From Octopus bimaculoides (Eukaryota), in contig NC_068990.1 of assembly GCF_001194135.2 (NCBI RefSeq), forward strand, positions 15,348,302-15,412,301: a DNA stretch of 64,000 nucleotides, read 5' to 3'. The position numbers and the translations under genes were made by a program. Positions 26,680 to 40,117 of this stretch are shown here, in pieces (positions within the stretch are counted from its first letter, which is position 1; the number at the start of each line of letters is the position of its first letter). The notes under the pieces are model-generated. The model worked only from the letters and a program-made list of their open reading frames with translations, was not told the DNA's origin and searched no databases.

Positions 26680-27070
26680 GTCAGGACATTAAAACAAGCA
26701 TAGGAAATGTTACAGCTGCCTCCTGGATGTTCAGGACCACCTGGGGATCATGGACCTTGTCAGCACATACAAGACTCAAGGTCTTAAACATGAACATGAA
26801 AATAGTTTTGTTGTACTGGTGTGGAACATGGTGAGTCACAAAGTTCTTCATTGACAAACTCCTAACACTTGCAAATAGTTGTTCTTGGAACATCGTTTAG
26901 GTGATATTACAAGACAGACTCAAAAATAAGGCCTTATGGAAATAGATGAAGAAGCAACCTATTAAGACCCAGATCAGGAGGAGGAAATGGAGTTGACTGG
27001 GACACCCACCCCCACCAGCAGGATCACCATCTCCAACACGGCAAGGCAATGCTTTCAATGGACACCCCAA
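26680..27070 (+). mobile_element. RTE LINE RT fragment
   Basis: Translates GTGQDIKTSIGN...TRLKVLNMNMKIVLLYWCGTW...IKTQIRRRKWS*LGH, with stops. Confidence 0.7.
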
Positions 27071-28173
27071 ATTCCACCAAGGTTAACTTTGCCTTTCATC
27101 CTTTCGGGGTTGATAAATTAAGTACCAGTTGTGCACTGGGGTTGATCTAATCGACAGGCCCCCTCCCCCAAAATTTCGGACCTTGTGCTTTGAGTAGAAA
27201 AGAATATAGAGAAGGAACACAGAAAATGAAACACTGGCAGGCAGCTACACCTGAGGACAACTGCTGTTCATTGCCAAAGATTGAGACAAATGGAAATCTC
27301 TCGCTGCTGCCCTCTGTTCTATATGGAGTCAAAGGAATTAAGTAGAAGAACAATGGTAGTGGTGAACAGTATTTACCAAAAACGAAGAAAGATCTGTGAA
27401 GAATAAGAGAATTGAAAGTTTGAATTTNNNNNNNNNNNNNNNNNNNNNNNNNNNNNNNNNNNNNNNNNNNNNNNNNNNNNNNNNNNNNNNNNNNNNNNNN
27501 NNNNNNNNNNNNNNNNNNNNNNNNNNNNNNNNNNNNNNNNNNNNNNNNNNNNNNNNNNNNNNNNNNNNNNNNNNNNNNNNNNNNNNNNNNNNNNNNNNNN
27601 NNNNNNNNNNNNNNNNNNNNNNNNNNNNNNNNNNNNNNNNNNNNNNNNNNNNNNNNNNNNNNNNNNNNNNNNNNNNNNNNNNNNNNNNNNNNNNNNNNNN
27701 NNNNNNNNNNNNNNNNNNNNNNNNNNNNNNNNNNNNNNNNNNNNNNNNNNNNNNNNNNNNNNNNNNNNNNNNNNNNNNNNNNNNNNNNNNNNNNNNNNNN
27801 NNNNNNNNNNNNNNNNNNNNNNNNNNNNNNNNNNNNNNNNNNNNNNNNNNNNNNNNNNNNNNNNNNNNNNNNNNNNNNNNNNNNNNNNNNNNNNNNNNNN
27901 NNNNNNNNNNNNNNNNNNNNNNNNNNNNNNNNNNNNNNNNNNNNNNNNNNNNNNNNNNNNNNNNNNNNNNNNNNNNNNNNNNNNNNNNNNNNNNNNNNNN
28001 NNNNNNNNNNNNNNNNNNNNNNNNNNNNNNNNNNNNNNNNNNNNNNNNNNNNNNNNNNNNNNNNNNNNNNNNNNNNNNNNNNNNNNNNNNNNNNNNNNNN
28101 NNNNNNNNNNNNNNNNNNNNNNNNNNNNNNNNNNNNNNNNNNNNNNNNNNNNNNNNNNNNNNNNNNNNNNNNN

Positions 28174-28229
<56 letters not shown>

Positions 28230-29009
28230 TTTATGTGTACACAAACAGACACACCCACACTGATGCACCCACACACACATGGCAGGTGCAATGGTGTAAG
28301 TAAAAATGTAGACAAGTTAATCAAATAGTTTAGCAGTGAATTAGTGCTCAGACAGGTGAGGTTTTTAGATTCCATCTTCTTAATCAAGGTAAAGTAGTCC
28401 AGCAGAACAAGAGTTCTTTATCTTTCATCTTTTACTCGTTTCAATCATTTGACTGCATGGCACCTTGGGCAAGTGTCTTCTACTGTAACCTCGAGCCAAC
28501 CAAAGCCTTGTGAGTGGATTTGGTAGACAGAAACTGGAAGAAGCCTGTCGTATATATGTATGTATGTATTTATGTGTGAGTGTGTCTTTGTATCTGTGTA
28601 GTCGCCCCACCAATGATGGTGTGTTTGTGTCTCTATGACTTAGTGGTTTGGCAAAGAGACCAATAAAATAAGTACTTGGCTGACAATGAATAAGTCCTGA
28701 GGTCGATTTGTTTAACTAAAACTCTTTAAGGCAGTGCTCCAGCATGGTCGCAGTCAGATAACTGAAAAGAGTGAAAGAATGTGGGAATATATTCGTGCTC
28801 TTTTTTTTCCTTTTTTTTATTCTTTTTACTCGTTTCAATCATTTGACTTCAGCCATGCTGAAGCGCCACCTTAAAGGGGTTTTTAGTTAAAGCAATTGAC
28901 CCCAGGGATTTTTCTTTGTAAGCCTTGTGCTTGTTCTATCGCTCCCCTTTGCCAAGCTGCTAAGTTACGGGGATGTAGACATAGACACACCAACATCAGT
29001 TGTCAAGAA

Positions 29010-29460
29010 ATGGTGCCAGTAAGGCGGGCCTGGCAATAAAATGTTCAGATTGTGCTTTTTACGTGCCACCAGCACAGGAGCCAGGTAGTGGGTACTGGCA
29101 TCGGTCACGATCAGCTGGTGCCTTTTATGTATCACTGGCACAAGAGCCAGTCAGGCAGACCTGGCATCGACCATGTTCAGATGGTGCTTCTTACGTGCCA
29201 TCAGCACAGGAGCCAGTCAGGGGGCACCGGCCCCAGCTATGATATTGGTTTTACTTGACTCAACAGGTCTTCTCAAGCATATCATATCGTCCAACGCATC
29301 AGGAATATTTTTAACAGGGCTGGACGTGCGTGGCTGCGATCTCACTTTAGTTGCCGGGTCTTCTCAATCACAACGTATCTCCAAAGGTCTCGGTCTCCTG
29401 TCACTGCCTCTGTGAGGCCCAATGTTCGAAGGTCATGCTTAACCACCTCATCCATACATA
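29010..29460 (-). mobile_element. RTE LINE 3' end
   Basis: Translates DEVVKHDLRTLGLTEAVTGDRDLWRYVVIEKTRQLK; the 3' UTR has the tgccac/tggcac minisatellite. Confidence 0.8.
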
Positions 29461-30188
29461 NNNNNNNNNNNNNNNNNNNNNNNNNNNNNNNNNNNNNNNN
29501 NNNNNNNNNNNNNNNNNNNNNNNNNNNNNNNNNNNNNNNNNNNNNNNNNNNNNNNNNNNNNNNNNNNNNNNNNNNNNNNNNNNNNNNNNNNNNNNNNNNN
29601 NNNNNNNNNNNNNNNNNNNNNNNNNNNNNNNNNNNNNNNNNNNNNNNNNNNNNNNNNNNNNNNNNNNNNNNNNNNNNNNNNNNNNNNNNNNNNNNNNNNN
29701 NNNNNNNNNNNNNNNNNNNNNNNNNNNNNNNNNNNNNNNNNNNNNNNNNNNNNNNNNNNNNNNNNNNNNNNNNNNNNNNNNNNNNNNNNNNNNNNNNNNN
29801 NNNNNNNNNNNNNNNNNNNNNNNNNNNNNNNNNNNNNNNNNNNNNNNNNNNNNNNNNNNNNNNNNNNNNNNNNNNNNNNNNNNNNNNNNNNNNNNNNNNN
29901 NNNNNNNNNNNNNNNNNNNNNNNNNNNNNNNNNNNNNNNNNNNNNNNNNNNNNNNNNNNNNNNNNNNNNNTATATATATATATATATATATATTTATCTT
30001 TGAAACATCGAGTTAGAATAGAGGCAGCTGATGAATAATTCCAAGTGGCTTTCTGTTTTCCTATGTGTTCATTCCGTTGTCTGTAGTTCATTGTTCTAAC
30101 GTCCTGTACCCTGATATGCATCTATATACACATGTAGATGAAAGTATATACATATATGTGTGTATACATGCATATATATTTTTTGTAT

Positions 30189-30222
<34 letters not shown>

Positions 30223-30921
30223 TGAGGGTGATGAATTGAATATTAATTTCAATTTAAAACCAGTGATACACACACATGTGTATGTATATATATGTGTGTG
30301 TGTGTGCACGTGTGTGCATTAGTGTATGTTCACACGTGTGTGTGTGTATCTGTGCATCCCTGTATATGTGTCTCGGTTTACTAAATAAGATGTAACGGTG
30401 TTTCCCCTCTGCCTGAATCTGATATACAAGCCATATGTTACTTGACTTATAAGGTTTCCAAAATGTCAGAGATGCTTCATTGGTTCCTTTCTACTTTTAA
30501 CCATTCGTATCTACTGTAAATATTTACTGCTTAATCTAAGATAAGACCAGGAAATTCTAAAAGAAACACTTCACAACATTGGTTTGCTATTCTGCTGACC
30601 AAATTGGGTATAAAATAGTTCAGTTTTTTCACAAAAATTTTTCTTTTCTTTTTCTTTTTTATATTTGTTTTCATTTGAACATTATCAACTTAAACATGTA
30701 GATAGTTTGTTTATTTCACGTACATGTGAATATGTGTCAACACGCACACACTCACACCCACATACAAACACACAAATGCACATGTGCTGTAACTCACTCT
30801 AACAAACACGTATTAGCACACACACACACGCACACACTGGTACACACACTCACTGGCATGCAGACACCTATTTGTCTGTCTGTCCTCTGTATGTCTCTAT
30901 CTATCTATCTATCTATCTATC

Positions 30922-30953
<32 letters not shown>

Positions 30954-31050
30954 GTTTTTCTGTATGTCTGTTTATCTATTTGTCTGTCTGTCTATCAATC
31001 AATCAGTTAATCTATCTACCTTTCTGTCTGTCTGTCTGTATGTATGTCTG

Positions 31051-31173
<123 letters not shown>

Positions 31174-31869
31174 TCATCCATCCATCCATTCGTATATATA
31201 GTTGAAAAATTTTGATTTTCTATTCAAACTTTTATCACCTTGGAACAATATTGTGATTATTTTTCCTGTTTTAGTTTGCTAGGCAGTGTATATTAGAACA
31301 AAAATTGCAGTTTGTATATGGATTTGTGAAACTCTAGTTTATTTTAAAAGTGATAGATCTTGTTTACAATAAGAATCAGATACACTTGTCATATTTATTT
31401 TCTTTAAGTCTTCTTAAAGGTAAGCATATGTTGGTAATATCATGTTTTAAAAGAATTTTTAGTGAGCCCAACATCAGAAAAAGAGGCACTGTTATTTATA
31501 ATGACAATCTCACTAGTAAGCAAATGCAGATGAATTACTTCCTTTAAAAGCAAGCCCAACTGAGACTGTTACCCTCAGAACAAAAAGCTATTTTTCTTCC
31601 ATATGGTATAATAATACTTCCATAATGGAGCTGTTCAATGATATGAACAGTCAACATTGCAAATTTACACAATTTCATATAACAGAATTTTACTCCTCCA
31701 CGAAAACCTTTAATTTTTTTGTTGTACCATTTAGTGACTCCTGTATTAATATTATTTATGCAGTAGAGATATTCCTTCTATCATTTGATAACTTATTCTG
31801 AGTTAAATAGAACCTGTTATTTGTTTTGCTTTGTAGTGTGGTATAAATAAGAGCTTTATCATTTCCTGG

Positions 31870-32245
31870 GGTTTCTTCGAAAGATCTCTCGTGTAATGGT
31901 ACTTGACAAAACATGTAAGTCAGAGATCAGGAAGTCTCTTTCCAGGTCAAGCCACCGCTTCTCCACATTGAGAGATCATGGTTCTGGTACTAAGGACATA
32001 TGATTAGAATGCTGCAGGAAAAGATCACAGCACAGATTCTTGAAACTGAGCCAATTGGTAGGAAATCTAGGAGAAGACTGAAAATGAGATGATGGGATAA
32101 TATCCATTGTCTCAGTTTGTTATACTTGGGAATACAGCTGGAAAGTGTAATGATGAATGCTTCTGGTAGGACCCTAAGGAGGAGGTATTCAAGGACTCTA
32201 CATTCCACAAGCCTCCCCGAAATAGTGGATGTAGACAGTGGATGG
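31870..32245 (+). mobile_element. RTE-type LINE RT C-terminal fragment
   Basis: Translates KSEIRKSL..PLLHIERSW..GHMIRMLQEK..ILETEPIGRKSRRRLKMRWWDNI, frameshifted. Confidence 0.7.
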
Positions 32246-33154
32246 CTAGCTGGCTTGATGGATGGATGGATGGGTGGTAGGGTAGGAGACAGGTCCACTT
32301 TTACAGGTAATGTTCTTATTTGATGAAGCACCAATAGGGGAACAAATGTGCACAGACGTTAGTGTAGTGGTCAACTACTCAATAAATGAACTGCACTGAA
32401 ATTGAACTCACTTTCTTCATGTTGATGGTATAATACTACTATAACCGCTCGATGAAATTTGATACCTATCCTCTTCAGTATGGAAAATGATTGTAGCTTG
32501 TTTCTTGCAACTTAATTTATTCATTGGTGTATGTGGAGGATGATGGTATTGATCCACGACTGATTACATGCAACACAATCAACTAACTAAGAATTCAACC
32601 TGAGGCTGTCTGCAAATCACTAAAGGTATCAGCAAGCTTCCTTATTATATAAAAACAGAGTGAGAGTAGATAAAGAAGAGGGGGAATCTAAGCTGGTACT
32701 ATTAGACTGTACTATGAGTAATATAGATGAAGAAGACTAGGTGGAAGAACCAGGATTGTAAATGGATCTTAAGCTGTGTTATCTTATTGTACTGACAATC
32801 TTAATGTAGGAATTGCTAAAGCACTTTTTATCATGTTGTTTTAAGAATCAATCCTGTAAACATAGTTGAAAGTTAAGAATGCACATATCCTATAGCATTC
32901 TGATGTAGTATACTTGATATGTTTTGATAACATGGAATTAACCAGCACTTCTACTAAACTCGTTGAAAACTTAATTCTTACTTACTTGCTACAGTTTAAT
33001 CGTTAGTTTACAGTGAGTGTTTATTTGAAACAGTTTGTATGAGGTGTTAGTTATTGGTTTAGCGATTGCATATGGTTTAAATCCACACACTTACCATTTA
33101 AGATGCTTGAATTTCTGCTTTTTTATTTTGTATATGATATCATCACAAAGTCTA

Positions 33155-33612
33155 GTCCTTGTGGTGTGATGTTTCAATGACACCAAGAGTTACCCCAGTG
33201 GAGTGTAAGTTCCTGGTGGGGTCCCCCATGCTGGATAGGTCAAAGGGGAGATAGGCCAGACTCTTCTGGACCATCGTTTCCTTCTGGGAACGGTTGACAC
33301 ATCTGGGTTTGCTTTGGGCCCAACACCTAAACTTAGAAAAATGAAAAGCAAGGTTACAGAAATGTCAATAACAATTCAAAACCTACAAAACCTGAGAGAG
33401 GAAGGCCTTCTCTCAGGGACATGTCAGGCCCTGTCCTGGAACCTACAAGAGAGCCCCAACAGGACATCCTAAAAGTGGTTGAAGGTGGGGATACTGAGGC
33501 TGAGCTGAAAAAGCAATAATCTGATTGGAAAAATGCAGAAAAAACAGCTCAGAGTTGAGAATTGTGGAGAAAAGTCTTTGATGGCCTATGCTCCATAAGG
33601 GTTTAAAAGGAA
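33155..33612 (+). mobile_element. Internally deleted, non-autonomous RTE derivative (5' UTR fused to 3' end)
   Basis: The 5' part has the RTE-5'UTR-like motif tcctggtggggtcccccatgctggataggtc...ggccagac. The 3' part ends ...gatggcctatgctccataagggtttaaaagg plus an A tail. Confidence 0.55.
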
Positions 33613-34364
33613 AAAAACAAGAATTGTGTATCTGAAGTATACTCTGGTCAGGGATCTCATGACAATCTGGTAAAACCTGCTACTAAAGTAAGTAAAGTTA
33701 CCTTCTTCAGTCGTGCTGACTCATAAGGGCTGTTTTCCAGGTTTCTTGGCATAAAAAATTTCCCACCTAGACGGGACACTGGTCCATTGTAGGATTACTA
33801 ATTTTTGCCAGCTGATTGGACTGGAGCAATGTGAAATGAATTGTTTTGCTCAAGAACTCAATGCATTGCCTGGTTCAGGAATTGAAACCACAATCTTATG
33901 ATCATGAGTCCAACACCCTAACCACTAAGCCATACATCTCCACTGAAACCTGCTACTGGTATCATGTAAACAATGATTGAGTGATCAGTGGCTAAACTGG
34001 ATCCCCCACTTGAGTGGCTCATTACTCTTGTGAGGAGGACATCTGGACACCAAGCAGGACTATAAACAACACCTGTCAAAGGATGGATAAGCTCCTTGTT
34101 GACCAATGATCATGCAAGTGGTGAAGGCAGTGGCAGTTCTCCCAAATATCCTTGTCAAGAAAACGCTATGGGGAAGTTAGAATGAAATAATGTTATGGCT
34201 TCATCTGATGGGAGAACTCATGCTTAATTGAGAAGGCTTTTATTGTGGTGTCATCAACACACGATACATGATGATAATGGTATCTAAAGTAATTCAGCTT
34301 GACTCAGTCCATCTCCCTTGAAAGTAAACTCAGTGAAGCATTTGGTTGAAGCATTGCAAATATA

Positions 34365-34592
34365 TTGGGTTGTCCGGAAAGTTCGTGCCGATTTTTAAAG
34401 GAAAGAAAAATGTCAATAAATACTTGCCATTACATTTTTAATCAACCAAATATGAACCATTTCGTTGCACAATGCGTCTCCATCTTTCCTTTAACTTGAA
34501 AATACCCTCTTCCCAGAATTGAGGTGGTTTCGTGGCAAATAAGTCGAAAGGTAAGCTACTATAAATCGACACGAACTTTCCAGACAACCCAA
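34365..34592. mobile_element. 228-bp mariner-type MITE
   Basis: TIRs ttgggttgtccggaaagttcgtgccgattt / aaatcgacacgaactttccagacaacccaa; TA target duplication. Confidence 0.9.
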
Positions 34593-35285
34593 TACAATGA
34601 ACTTGCACTTGTCAGTTATTGAGTGCTACTGTTATCTAAAACAAACAGCAGTATCACTACATGCTACTTATTTACAATTGGGTTAATGATCCAATTGAAA
34701 GCTAAGTGCCTTGGCCATATAGACAGTGATATCAGTCATCTGTTGTGTTGATTGTGTTATGTACTCAGTGTCAAACAGTTAGAAGCAGCAAGCAGTAAAT
34801 TTGAATTATGGAGCAAATTAAATAGAATAAAAATTATGATCATATCAGATACTCTGTTACTAAATAAATGACTAGATATTAGATTTTAAAACTTGCCAAC
34901 CTATCTAATGTTACTCAGAGATTATAGCTCATGGCTCTCATCTGTCTCATCTATTATACTGTAATGATTCTGAAGTGATTAAGAAGACTAATGTGAAAAC
35001 TTTCCAACACAAAACTTTCAAGAAATCAAATATTAACTTTAGACCAGATCACATTGAAAGATTACCTTAACTTAGTCAATATCATATTAAGAAAAATAAT
35101 TATGAAGCAAAAGTTATTTTTCTATTTTTGCTTATGAAGAAAACAGACAAAGCAAGTACTACCAAAACAAATCTAACCCAATGACTTCTTGAATTACTAC
35201 CAAAATCTCAATGTACTTGAATTTTTTTATGAAAACGGAACTAATAAGAAAGAGAGGCAGGGTGGGGGAGAGAATCAGTTAGTGA

Positions 35286-35316
<31 letters not shown>

Positions 35317-35512
35317 CAGCATTATATCTTGGTTTCACTTTAAGATGTAATCGTATTTAAGCAAAATAATACAATAAAATGGAAAACAAAAGAAAAATAA
35401 TAGTAATGAAAAAATTAAAACAAATAAATTTTGGAATGTTCTGTTTAGTCAGTGAAGTATGAAATCAGATGAGTTCATGGATAGAAAACAGTCTACTTGT
35501 CATATAATATAC

Positions 35513-35544
<32 letters not shown>

Positions 35545-35554
35545 NNNNNNNNNN

Positions 35555-35587
<33 letters not shown>

Positions 35588-36226
35588 ATATGCTTGCATA
35601 TGTGCACACTCTCTCACATGTATGTGTATGATTTTACCAATATTAATTTTTCTTCTTTTTATTTCTATATACACTTTTATATTTTAAGATTCAAATAAAA
35701 ATATATTTGTTTTTCCATTTTTATTTATTTTTAAAAGTCATTTATTTAACATTGTTTGACTTAAAAGGATATAAATTCAAAGAATGGACAAAGCAAAACA
35801 ATTTGTACATCAATAACAATGTCAATGAGGATGATGATGATGATGACGACGATGATAAGGATAATAATATAACATGTTCAAACATTCAGAATATTGAAGT
35901 AAAAGATGGCTAACAATACTTTTATATGTGTTAATCCTTTGATGGTAATGTTTGAGAGAAAATGTGTACAAATAGGTTTTTATTCATTGTAGAGTTGATT
36001 TCAACACAAGAGTAAATGTTCTCTTCAAAGTTGAAATTTTGATCAAACTAAACGAAGAAGATAAACAAAGAAGCCCTTTCTGACTTGTGAGTGAAAGAAT
36101 GGAGCAGATTTCAAAATTGGTAGGGTTTTTAGAGCATTTTTGAAGTCCTCGTTTACATGCAATTTATTTTGGGTATGTTCCCCAGGCAAGTTTATCCCTC
36201 TTCTGGCAATACCTATTTTCCCACAC

Positions 36227-36536
36227 GATTTATAGTAGCTTGCCTTTCGACTTATTTGCCATGAAACCACTTCAATTCTGGGAAGAGGGTATTTTCAAGT
36301 TAAAGGAAAGATGGAGATGCATTGTGCAACAAAATGGTTCATATTTGGTTGATTGAAAATGTAATGGCAAGTATTTATTGACCTTTTTCTTTCCTTTAAA
36401 AATCGGCACAAACATTCCAGACAACCCAATATATTTGCAATGCTTCAACCAAATGCTTCACTGAGTTTACTTTCAAGAGAGATGGACTGAGTCAAGCTGA
36501 ATTACTTTAGATACCATCATCATCATGTATCGTGTG
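36227..36536 (-). repeat. Inverted copy of 34258-34567 flanked by a 13-bp direct repeat
   Basis: The 310 bp include 107 bp of non-MITE flank. tattttcccacac occurs at 36214-36226 and 36537-36549. Confidence 0.9.
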
Positions 36537-37400
36537 TATTTTCCCACACCAACAAATATAGTTTTATTCCTTATAATTTGTATGGCTTAGCCAAAGAAAG
36601 AAGAACTGAACCAATAACCTTTTACAGGACTTCTGAGAGTGGAAGGGGAAAAGCAGAAACCATGAAATATAGGTTATCCTCAGAATGGACATGACATTGT
36701 TTTCAAATGTTTGTGATAAAGTGGTTTCTACTGAAGTTACCCAAAGACCAGGTGATGGCTTTAAATTGCATGGTTAAATCTACCACTGAAGAACAGGTGT
36801 GGTTCATCTGATGAACAACCTGCACAGTTTCTGTCTACCCACTTTCCGTCAAGGTTGGGATTGAATTGTGAAGAACTGAACTGAGCCAGACACTTGCTGG
36901 GGGTGCTGTGCATTGAGATTGGATCTGGAACCATGTGATTGCCAAGTTTGTTTTTTTAATTATGTCTTTTATTTTTTGTCTTTTACTTGTTTCAGTCATT
37001 GGATGATGGCCATGCTGGGGTACTGCATTGAAGGGTATTAGTCAAACAATTTGCCCCCATCTCCAATTTTTCTTAAGCTTGATACTTATTCTATTGGCCT
37101 CTTTTGCTGAACCACTAAGTTACGAGGATGTCAACACACCAACACTGGTTGTCAAACACTGGCCAGGGGTAAACACATTCACAAAGACACACGTATGTAG
37201 GTATATAAATATATATACACACATACACACGTGTGTGTGTGTGATGAGCTTCTTTCATTTTCCGTCTACCAAATTTGCTCACAAGGCTTTGGTTGACCCA
37301 AGGATAAAATAGAGGAAACTTACCCAAGGTGCTATGTGGTGGGATTGAACCCAGAACTATGTGGTTGGTAAGCAAGCTTCTTATCACACAGCTATACCTA

Positions 37401-37734
37401 CCCCTAATTCCCCCAGTAGTAATCCTTTGGATTACTATGTGTGGGGCACAGTTGAGAAAGACATCAACCACACTGCCTGCAATTTGCAGGTCGAGCTGGT
37501 GGCCAAGATCAAGGAGGTGTTTGAAGATTTTCTTAGCGACACAATGGGGAATACATATGCCTGGTTCTGAAGCCATCTTGGGGCCCGTGATAGAAGCAGA
37601 GGGTGGCTACTTTGAATAAGCTGCCAGCCATAATCTAGTTGATTATTTTGATTTTTTAAAATGCTTTTATTTCTGGACAGGATGTGGTTTTCTTTTCTTT
37701 AATGCAAACTGTCAAATTTAGCTCAGACACCTTG
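37401..37734 (+). mobile_element. Tc1/mariner transposon 3' end
   Basis: Translates PNSPSSNPLDYYVWGTVEKDIN...ELVAKIKEVF...EAEGGYFE* and ends in a TIR-like cagacaccttg|TA. Confidence 0.8.
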
Positions 37735-38349
37735 TATACTTCAAGTTGTTTGAACAAACAAGATTTTGTTATTTTTAAAAATCTTTTATTGGTTTTCAGT
37801 CTCTGTCATTTGTGAGCTATTCTTATTGTTTTAAGCTTGTAATCAGTGTCCCATCGTATATCATTTAATCAATTTCTTCATCTAAACTTGCAATGGTGTC
37901 TGCAGTATCATCTTGCAGATTATTTCTGTTCAGTCCAATTTAACATCAATTCTAGTCTTCAAAAGGCTCTTGGAAACTATATGTTCATGTAAAACATTCT
38001 AAACTATTTTAACCCAGGTGGGAACAATAGTAAGGTCAAGCCCTTTGAGATTGCCTCCAGCTGTTATTTCCTCTTCATTTGCTACTTTTTCCCTTAGAGA
38101 TTGTTTATTTCGTTTACTTGGCATTTCCTGCAGCTAGGTTCTGTTCTTTCTCCATAAATTAATATTCTCAACGACACCAAACTTCCAGCTGTTCTTTTTA
38201 GCAAGTTATTTGATGTTTAAGTTTAAAATTATTTTACTGTAAGTACTATGTCTCTCTCCACATCCATACTTTTATTATAAGAGTACATATTGGTTTCTAA
38301 TTTTGGCACAAGGCTAACAATTTCAAAGGGGTGGGTTACATTTACTCTA

Positions 38350-38890
38350 CAGGGTGTCCACAAAGTCTGGGTACATGGGGATTAACACATACTTTAAGAA
38401 ATTATTATTTCTTATATTTAATTGTTTATGTTATGATTTTATTTACTCCATGTAAAGCTGTGAGATAATACATGATTAACACATAAAGTGTGACAGGCCA
38501 CGATCGTGGCCATCACGCACAGGTCGACAGGCCACGATCGTATCTCAGATAGATGCATTTAATTCATGGGCGTTTGTTGGGGTCTAATGTCACTCAAATG
38601 CTCCTATACCCCCCAGAATGCAAGAGGACTAATATTTAAACTAATGACTTTTCAGATGATGTAAAACTTGTCACAATTATACAGGGTGTCCACAAAGTCT
38701 GGGTACATGAGGATTAACACATACTTTAAGAAATTATTATTTCTTATATTTAATTCTTTATGTTATGATTTTATTCACTCCATGTACCCACATGGGGATT
38801 AATGCATACTTTAAAAAATTATTATTTCTTATATTTTATTGTTTATGTTATTTTATTTACTCCATGTACCCAGACTTTGTGGACACCCTG
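38350..38890. mobile_element. Rearranged Tc1-type MITE cluster (TIR cagggtgtccacaaagtctgggtacatg)
   Basis: A partial copy (38350-38454), an unrelated spacer, then a TA-flanked copy (38682-38890) with a tandemly duplicated interior. Confidence 0.8.
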
Positions 38891-39880
38891 TATACTAAGA
38901 AGATATTTTAACTATTTTTTGTTTTTTGTGTGTACATGGTAGTCCCATTTTCATAAAATGTCCTCAGCAGTCAATGGTATGTAAGTGCAAATCCCAGCAC
39001 TTTGTAGGTTAATTAAAAACAATATGAATAAATAAGCATTACATTTGATAGAGTAATCTGAATGCTAAAGGGTTAAATAATAGTTTTTAAACAATTGAAT
39101 TAGAACATTACTCCACCAACATGTTAATGGAAATAACAATAATCACTGGAGGTATTCACAATACATACAGTGTTTTATCAACTCGGGCAACGAAGTGACT
39201 TGGAGACTACTGCCTTTGGCATCTTTGTTTTCATAGATTTGTTGACATGCTTATCTTACTTTCACATTTGAATTTATTGCTACCCATGAATTTTTTACCC
39301 TGATTGTTTGTATGAAACTCTCACAGTTTACACAAGTAAATATAGTAACCTTTTCATCGAAATTAGATGTGTTTATATATTGTTTATATATTCTTCTATC
39401 CTTTTACGTGTTTCACACGTTGGACTGCGGCCATGCTGGGGTAATTTGAACCTCAGTACTTATGATTTTTTTTTTATGTGTGGTGCTTTTCCACTGGACA
39501 CACAAGCAAGCTAACATTGATTGTCAAGTGGTAGGCGACAAACACAAAAACATACCACGATGTACCCAACACAGTACGATGACTTCTGTTCATAATTATA
39601 TATCCGTGAAAGAGTACATCGTGGTATGTTGATTCTTGTTTATTTTTATGTATCTCGACCATACGTGTACTGATGAACAAAAGATGCAGGTTACTTCACA
39701 GTTTTTCTGTATTTGATTGAGAAATCAGTGGTTTACCGTTAAGTTAAATGTTTTTAAGAGATTAATTTTGAAAGCTGCATTCCCTCGCTTTCGGTAAATA
39801 TGTTGCTTATTTTTTGGTAGTTTTTGACTTATTTAGTCCCTCGAAGCGTGAGGCATTACTACACAGTTAATGCCCTTTAT

Positions 39881-39919
<39 letters not shown>

Positions 39920-40076
39920 NNNNNNNNNNNNNNNNNNNNNNNNNNNNNNNNNNNNNNNNNNNNNNNNNNNNNNNNNNNNNNNNNNNNNNNNNNNNNNNNN
40001 NNNNNNNNNNNNGTAGTTTTTGACTTATTTAGTCCCTCGAAGCGTGAGGCATTACTACACAGTTAATGCCCTTTAT

Positions 40077-40117
<41 letters not shown>

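Noticed and set aside
29010-29240. Spaced short repeats (tgccaccagcacaggagccag) that look CRISPR-like; also at 1540-1700, 51800-52010 and 57380-57560
   Set aside because: Irregular, degenerate minisatellite inside the RTE 3' UTR; eukaryotic context and no cas genes.
39817-40111. Identical ~100-bp sequence on both sides of the gap (39817-39919 and 40013-40111)
   Set aside because: Most likely overlapping contig ends at a (TA)n tract (false duplication), not a biological repeat.
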